Shown here: positions 55,107 to 60,021 of the stretch, piece by piece
Layout: each line of letters starts with the position of its first letter
How positions within the stretch are numbered: position 1 is the stretch's first letter
Virus record (IMG/VR): IMGVR_UViG_3300033829_000001
Coordinates: 1 to 60,021 of that record
Direction: 5' to 3' (one strand)
Length of the DNA stretch: 60,021 nt
Origin: a virus
Lineage: Duplodnaviria > Caudoviricetes
Notes under the pieces: generated by a model
What the model saw: the letters and a program-made list of their open reading frames with translations, nothing else
What the model was told of the DNA's origin: nothing
Databases searched by the model: none
Program-made: the position numbers and the translations under genes

Positions 55107-55520
55107 CTACACCTGAAACCAGCCGCCGTTGAGTGCGTCATATCCAATGTAATAGTTAAGACCCTGCAACAGCATCGGAAAACCTGGACCGCCCGAACTG
55201 TAATAGATCAGGGTCGAAGTAGCAGGATCGCCAGTATCCTCGTACAACAGCATGGCCGCAGCCGGCACGGGATTAGTTAACGAATTGAATATCGGAATTA
55301 CGCCTCTGCATATGCCGTTGACCTGTGTTGTCGAAGTCAGATCCGCCGTTATGATGACAGCTCCCGACGCTATGACAGTACTCAAAAAGACATCCGATAC
55401 GGACGGTATGTACAGAGTATTGAGCAACGCGCAACCAATCGGCGCAGTTTCCCAATCCAATTGGCCCGTGGCGAACAGCGAGCGAGCGTTGTTGTAGACG
55501 AAGTCGGTAGGAGCGCTCAC
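55107..55520 (-). CDS. Tail-associated structural protein
   Basis: Y..A...F..G.LDW, LYEDTG...TS.LI.Y. Confidence 0.7.
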   Translation of the reverse strand: MSAPTDFVYNNARSLFATGQLDWETAPIGCALLNTLYIPSVSDVFLSTVIASGAVIITADLTSTTQVNGICRGVIPIFNSLTNPVPAAAMLLYEDTGDPATSTLIYYSSGGPGFPMLLQGLNYYIGYDALNGGWFQV

Positions 55521-56239
55521 CCGGTCGCCCTCGGCAAGATCTGAGACATACCTATCGGTCCAAACCGCGGAAACTTGAACGATGTATCAGCCGGACCATA
55601 GCCGCGATTGGCGATGTCACGCGCCATCAGGATCTCCATGCGGAACATCTTGCGGTAGCGCTCAGCCGCTTCTTTGTCGCTCCATGGGCGCTTCTTCATT
55701 TCAAACAGACGCGCCATGGTGCCGTACTGCAGGCCGTCCACATGCTGTGTGTATGCGTAATTAGGTAGCATCACACTCGTAGCTGTAGGCACCAGAGACG
55801 CATATACGAACAGAATCTCGCCATAGCTCCTATCCGGTATCGGATACAGCAACAACTGGTCTGGTGCCTGCATATAATAGCCACTGGGGGGCTGTGGCGT
55901 GCCGCCCACTGGCATGCGCGGGTACGGGCGCAGCGGCTGTGCCGAGTCTGAATGCTCATACGGAAACAAGTATGCCTGTAGCACAAACTGTATATAGCTA
56001 TTCTGATCAACGGGATTTAGATAAATCAACGGGTTAGTCGATACATTATAAGGACCAACATAAGAGCGCCAGCCTGTACTGCGGGTATAAAACTCGCGCA
56101 AGACAAGTTGCAGCTGCGCCGAGATCAGTGTATCGGGCGCGCCCGGTACCTGCATCGCGACCAGCTGTTCGACGTATGAAATTACTTGGCCGCCTAGAGC
56201 TGCGCTCGATTGGCCACCATCCAGTGTGACAATTGGCAT
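55517..56239 (-). CDS. Tail adaptor (tubular A-like) protein
   Basis: VPGAPD...LREFY, G..ARL.....PWSD. Confidence 0.7.
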   Translation of the reverse strand: MPIVTLDGGQSSAALGGQVISYVEQLVAMQVPGAPDTLISAQLQLVLREFYTRSTGWRSYVGPYNVSTNPLIYLNPVDQNSYIQFVLQAYLFPYEHSDSAQPLRPYPRMPVGGTPQPPSGYYMQAPDQLLLYPIPDRSYGEILFVYASLVPTATSVMLPNYAYTQHVDGLQYGTMARLFEMKKRPWSDKEAAERYRKMFRMEILMARDIANRGYGPADTSFKFPRFGPIGMSQILPRATG

Positions 56240-56242
56240 AGC

Positions 56243-56632
56243 TTATATTCCCTGTAGCTGAGCCACGAAGCTCTGCATCAATTGCTGAGAGCGGGAAGTC
56301 TCAGTAAATTCATCGTCCGCTAGTTCTACGCGGGCTGCGATATACGCCACCACGGGGTAGTAGAACAGTTTATCGTCGAGTGGGAACGACGTCGGAGGCG
56401 TCTGCCCCAGATCGCTTTCCGCGTACGTATTGATTGTCGTAGTCGAAATGATCCCAGAAGAAAAGTTGCCTATATAAGCATCAGGTCGAATCGCATACAC
56501 TACTCGCAGAGCCGTGTTCAGATACTCCATTAGCGTGCTGATCTGATTGCGGTACGGTTGCACCGCGTCATTTACCATAAACTGCGCTTCCAGAATCGCG
56601 TCATCAACTGTTTTCGTGACTTGAGTTACCAT
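56243..56632 (-). CDS. Head-tail adaptor-like protein
   Basis: ND...R...L.EYLN.AL....IRPDA; first structural gene after the capsid/HNH. Confidence 0.65.
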   Translation of the reverse strand: MVTQVTKTVDDAILEAQFMVNDAVQPYRNQISTLMEYLNTALRVVYAIRPDAYIGNFSSGIISTTTINTYAESDLGQTPPTSFPLDDKLFYYPVVAYIAARVELADDEFTETSRSQQLMQSFVAQLQGI

Positions 56633-57176
56633 GGGGCGCATTCTCTCCGCGGGCTACAAGGGCTGCAGCCAGTTTCCATAATACCTCATCGCCCCAGAAT
56701 CCGCGAGCAGAGTTGTAAGCCCAGATAACGACTTGGATGTTGCCCTTGATATAGCCTTTTGTTGGATCAATCCGGTCGATGGACGGACCATAAGCTTTAC
56801 GGCCATCTCCCATAGTAAGGTCAAACGGCAACCCGGTCTTAGCGCACACGCCCAGTTCCAGCTGCGGCTGAACATCCGAGATATCCAAATCGAATTCCAA
56901 CGAACGCCCATGAGAACTACAGTTAGCCTTAGCATGTTGAACCATCACTAAAGCTCTACCCCTAGGTGTCTCTTCGTTTTTTCGGCGGTATTCAATACGA
57001 GCGGCGGACCTCCCACGGGCTCGTTCCTTTTCTTTAACTTCAGGACGTTGCCTCCAAGCGATGATATAAGCTTTATTGCATTGTTTGCATTCATTGGCAT
57101 GGCCGTCTTTGCGGGCTGCGTGCTTGTGAAACTCTGAAAACGGTTTCTCGATTTTACATGCTGAGCACTTTTTCAC
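56604..57176 (-). CDS. HNH / endonuclease VII-like homing endonuclease
   Basis: CSAC..K..SEF...CKQC N-terminus; PSIDRID..KGY..GN....YN. Confidence 0.85.
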   Translation of the reverse strand: MKKCSACKIEKPFSEFHKHAARKDGHANECKQCNKAYIIAWRQRPEVKEKERARGRSAARIEYRRKNEETPRGRALVMVQHAKANCSSHGRSLEFDLDISDVQPQLELGVCAKTGLPFDLTMGDGRKAYGPSIDRIDPTKGYIKGNIQVVIWAYNSARGFWGDEVLWKLAAALVARGENAPHGNSSHENS

Positions 57177-57185
57177 TGACTACTC

Positions 57186-57226
57186 CAATAAGAAAGGGGC
57201 CTTAGTTTTACCTGAAGGCCCCTTTC
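57186..57226 (-). terminator. Intrinsic terminator after the capsid gene
   Basis: 12-bp stem GAAAGGGGCCTT/AAGGCCCCTTTC followed by TTATT. Confidence 0.75.
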
Positions 57227-57255
57227 ATGTCAACCCCGAAGGTCAACTACTCAGA

Positions 57256-58344
57256 TTAGAGTCCTGAGTTGATTACAACAGCATACCCGACGAGGGTCGG
57301 ATTGATGACCGCAAATCCCCACACTTGGAGCCCTCGCATAAGTGTACCGAAAGTTGTCTCACTCCGCAGAGTCTCAACCTTTGTCATCTGCGATGCGAAG
57401 GTCAGTCCTAAGCTATGGCCGAAGTACACCGCGTACTCGCCCGTTGCTAGGCCGCCGCCGTTCGCAGCAGACGCAAGCTCCGGATACACTGTGCCCGTCG
57501 CACGGACATTCGCAGCATTGCCCACTGGGAGCAGGTTGCTGACGTACACCGTGAAGCGATCGATCATGCCGAGGCGCCCGTTGCGCGCGATCGAAACCGC
57601 GTCACCGGTCAAATACGCCTGCTGGAAAGCCGAACGCTTGACCATCGCTGCAGCCCAAGGCGGCAGAACAATCCAACGGCCAGTTTCCGGAACGCGCTGC
57701 TCGTCGAGCACGCATCCGGTGTCGATGATGAAGTCCAGAATCTTGCGAGCATTAGTGTTTGTAGTGCCCGACCCCGTGCCGGCAGCTACCGAACCCAATG
57801 ACAGAGGAACGCCCGAAGTGGCAGCCGCCACCAAGGTGTTCGCGCTGTAGCCAAGATTGAACGAACCCGAAATGCGGCCGGCCGCTGTTCCTAGGTTGTT
57901 AGCACTGACGAGATTGCCGATCGAGTCGATCGTCAGAACCGCCGTGTCCACATAGACCTTCATCTGCTCGGACGCGTTGTCCGCCCAGTTGCTCAACAGA
58001 TCTACGTCCGCCTGGATCTCCATGACATCATCGAGGACCGTATTGAAGTACGCGCCCTGATTGATCTGGAGCTGAACCAGCGGGCTCGACGGACGCTGCA
58101 CTGTGAGTGCTTGGTTCGCCGAATACGCCTGGATATTGATGGTCGGATGCGTACGGATGTTGATGGTGTCACCGTAGTTGCGGATCTCACCCTCGTAATC
58201 CGTGCTCGCGATAGCGCCCAGTACGGTCGCATCGTAAAACTTTTCCACGAACTTGCCCGACCAGATGATCGGGATAAAAACGCCCGAGTAAGCCGGAGTC
58301 GGATTACTGCCTAAATAGGGCGTACCAGAAATTGGATAACTCAT
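57256..58344 (-). CDS. Major capsid protein (HK97 fold, P22 coat-like)
   Basis: FIP.IWSGK, DYEGEI..YGDTI.I, L....VP..GRW, G.I.RF.VY.SN and RGL.VWG. Confidence 0.9.
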   Translation of the reverse strand: MSYPISGTPYLGSNPTPAYSGVFIPIIWSGKFVEKFYDATVLGAIASTDYEGEIRNYGDTINIRTHPTINIQAYSANQALTVQRPSSPLVQLQINQGAYFNTVLDDVMEIQADVDLLSNWADNASEQMKVYVDTAVLTIDSIGNLVSANNLGTAAGRISGSFNLGYSANTLVAAATSGVPLSLGSVAAGTGSGTTNTNARKILDFIIDTGCVLDEQRVPETGRWIVLPPWAAAMVKRSAFQQAYLTGDAVSIARNGRLGMIDRFTVYVSNLLPVGNAANVRATGTVYPELASAANGGGLATGEYAVYFGHSLGLTFASQMTKVETLRSETTFGTLMRGLQVWGFAVINPTLVGYAVVINSGL

Positions 58345-58379
58345 TCTCTCAACCGTCCCGAAGGGTTACTTCGAAATTT

Positions 58380-59492
58380 CTATCTACCATTAATGTGGTG
58401 GTCGGAGCGATCGGGTCGTACCCGTCCTTCTCTCGATGCCACTGCCAACTCCGCGTCAAACCTTGCGTACTCTTCCGCGGAGACCTGTTTCTTCCGTACG
58501 CGCGCGTAAAAGTCTCTGATCTCTGATTCGGAGATGATCCTTTTACCCGATGCACCCTCGGGAGCCGCTGGACCCTGACCCCCTCGTGGTTGGGGGGCTA
58601 GCAGTGTCTCGGTTGCCACTGGTGGAGCATTCGAGGCTGCTGAGGCCGCTGGGTATTCCCTGACATACGCCTCAAAGATCCCCACGACTCGCGTCGCGTC
58701 AAGGGCTTTGTAGGCTCCAGACAAGGCTACTCGTCTGGTTGTGCCAGCCATTATGTCATATAGATCCAGCCAGTCAAGAAACTCCTGAGACTCGTTGATG
58801 ACACGCCAGTTGGGGAGTGCCGCATCGAGGGACTCTTCCAGTGTTACCTGCCGAGTTTTGACCAATTCGTTGGCTGTCCCTTGGGCTTGGCGGCGCAGTT
58901 GAGCGATCTCGCTCTCCATCTTCGCCAGAGTTGGTTTGAACATATTCTGTGCGAGTCGCGCTACGATCGGCAGCAGCTCACCGTAATCCTCGATGTCCTT
59001 GTCAGTAGCACCAAGCGAACGCATGACTTCCTCGGGTGTCTGCTGCACTACGGGAGTGGGGGCTGGGGCGGGCGCAGTGGCTCGTTCTCGCACCAACGTA
59101 TTCAGAAGATCCGATTGCTCACGCTGAGCAGCACGCAGACCGGCTATTTCGGAGTTGTATTTGCCCTGCAGGCTGGCATAAGCCGCGCGCAATCGGCGAT
59201 TTTCCTCTTCCATAGTATTCGGCGGCGCATCAGCCACAGCAGCTTCAATTGCCGCGGCAGTCGGCGGAGGGGCAGCCTGTCGCGGCGGAGGCGCCGCAGG
59301 AGGGTCCTGTACGCCCGGAGCAGCATTAGATGGGCCCGGTGTCGCTGGGCGCCACTCAGGGCGCGCTGAAGGCTGAGTAGAGGGCGGAGCATTGAGTTCT
59401 GCGATCAAACGATTGGCGTCTTCAACCTGTCTTCGCGCGGCCGGGGGTAAAAGATTCGGCTGCGAAGGGGCATGTGCCGCTGGTGCGTTCAT
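58380..59492 (-). CDS. Capsid scaffolding protein
   Basis: Directly upstream of the capsid gene; LQGKYN coiled coil, F.DWL; ATG 59492 coupled to the upstream stop. Confidence 0.75.
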   Translation of the reverse strand: MNAPAAHAPSQPNLLPPAARRQVEDANRLIAELNAPPSTQPSARPEWRPATPGPSNAAPGVQDPPAAPPPRQAAPPPTAAAIEAAVADAPPNTMEEENRRLRAAYASLQGKYNSEIAGLRAAQREQSDLLNTLVRERATAPAPAPTPVVQQTPEEVMRSLGATDKDIEDYGELLPIVARLAQNMFKPTLAKMESEIAQLRRQAQGTANELVKTRQVTLEESLDAALPNWRVINESQEFLDWLDLYDIMAGTTRRVALSGAYKALDATRVVGIFEAYVREYPAASAASNAPPVATETLLAPQPRGGQGPAAPEGASGKRIISESEIRDFYARVRKKQVSAEEYARFDAELAVASREGRVRPDRSDHHINGR

Positions 59493-59707
59493 AGTGTGGT
59501 ACTTCCAGAGTTGTCTTTGATACGTTTTAGCTGATTTAGGAGGGCGCGGCACTCCCCACGGAGCGCCTCATCCGGGTGATCGCTCAGCAGTAGCGCGGTC
59601 ACCTGTGTGTTGTACTCAATTTCAAGGGTGTGTACGTAATGACGCCAGCCCCCGTGGTCTTTTAGCCGGGAGATATTCTCGGCAAATTCCTTTCTAGAGA
59701 ATGCCAT
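59489..59707 (-). CDS. Small head-module hypothetical protein
   Basis: 72 aa with LRG..RAL..L motif, just before the scaffold gene. Confidence 0.7.
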   Translation of the reverse strand: MAFSRKEFAENISRLKDHGGWRHYVHTLEIEYNTQVTALLLSDHPDEALRGECRALLNQLKRIKDNSGSTTL

Positions 59708-59946
59708 TACAGTCTCAGCGGATTGCCGAGAGCCTCAGTGATTAGATCCTTGTCATCAGGTTCGCGACCAACTTTCTTGTAGTCGCGGGTATAGACGCGG
59801 CTCGTAGGAGCAGGCCCAATGTCAGACGCCTGTCCGAACTGCAGCTGGTCACAGTCGATAGTCTTGGCTCCCGGCATCGGCAGCTTGGTGCAGCAGCCGT
59901 CTTTGGGAACATGACTCGGAGGAACGCGTACGCCGGGAAGTGCCAT
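59707..59946 (-). CDS. Hypothetical protein
   Basis: 79 aa, coupled to its neighbours. Confidence 0.65.
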   Translation of the reverse strand: MALPGVRVPPSHVPKDGCCTKLPMPGAKTIDCDQLQFGQASDIGPAPTSRVYTRDYKKVGREPDDKDLITEALGNPLRL

Positions 59947-60021
59947 GGTTATCGGTCCGGCCGATTCGGGATCTTATCCATCTTGCCTTTCTTCTCGTAG
60001 CTACGGGCAAGTGGATACGGT
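59828..60021. repeat. Terminal direct repeat, copy 2
   Basis: Matches 1-194 with one mismatch. Confidence 0.95.

Noticed and set aside
1-60021. Integrase/repressor lysogeny module, tRNA genes, alternative genetic code
   Set aside because: No recombinase motifs or tRNA cloverleafs recognised by eye; genes are full length under the standard code with all three stop codons used

Overview
The window appears to be one complete, circularly permuted dsDNA tailed-phage genome with podovirus-type gene content. Unique length is about 59,827 bp, because positions 1-194 recur at 59828-60021 with one mismatch. The host is probably Gram-negative (embedded spanin pair, lipoprotein, sigma70-like promoters). 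Two arms diverge from a highly structured non-coding region at ~12.5-13.5 kb. The + arm (13.5-36.1 kb) carries early genes, a solo TnpB, an AAA/vWA module, a family A DNA polymerase, nucleotide-metabolism genes, an SNF2 helicase and a primase-helicase. The - arm runs from 12.5 kb to 1 and wraps from 60 kb to 36.1 kb; it carries terminase, portal, scaffold, capsid, tail, lysis and ejection proteins. No integrase, reverse transcriptase, CRISPR array or tRNA was recognised. Top finding: a set of fibre/decoration-like proteins that all carry Sec-type signal peptides and, in all but one, even numbers of locally paired cysteines. It includes a fibre with an autocleaving S74 chaperone plus a C-terminal membrane anchor, and a paralog with an inserted DUF3494 ice-binding domain, which suggests appendages matured in the periplasm. 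Also notable: a GGDEF (SGDEF) domain plus an HExxH peptidase inside the 2400-aa ejection protein, and a TnpB with the rearranged (Fanzor-like) RuvC-II site. All calls come from reading motifs by eye; no database searches were run.
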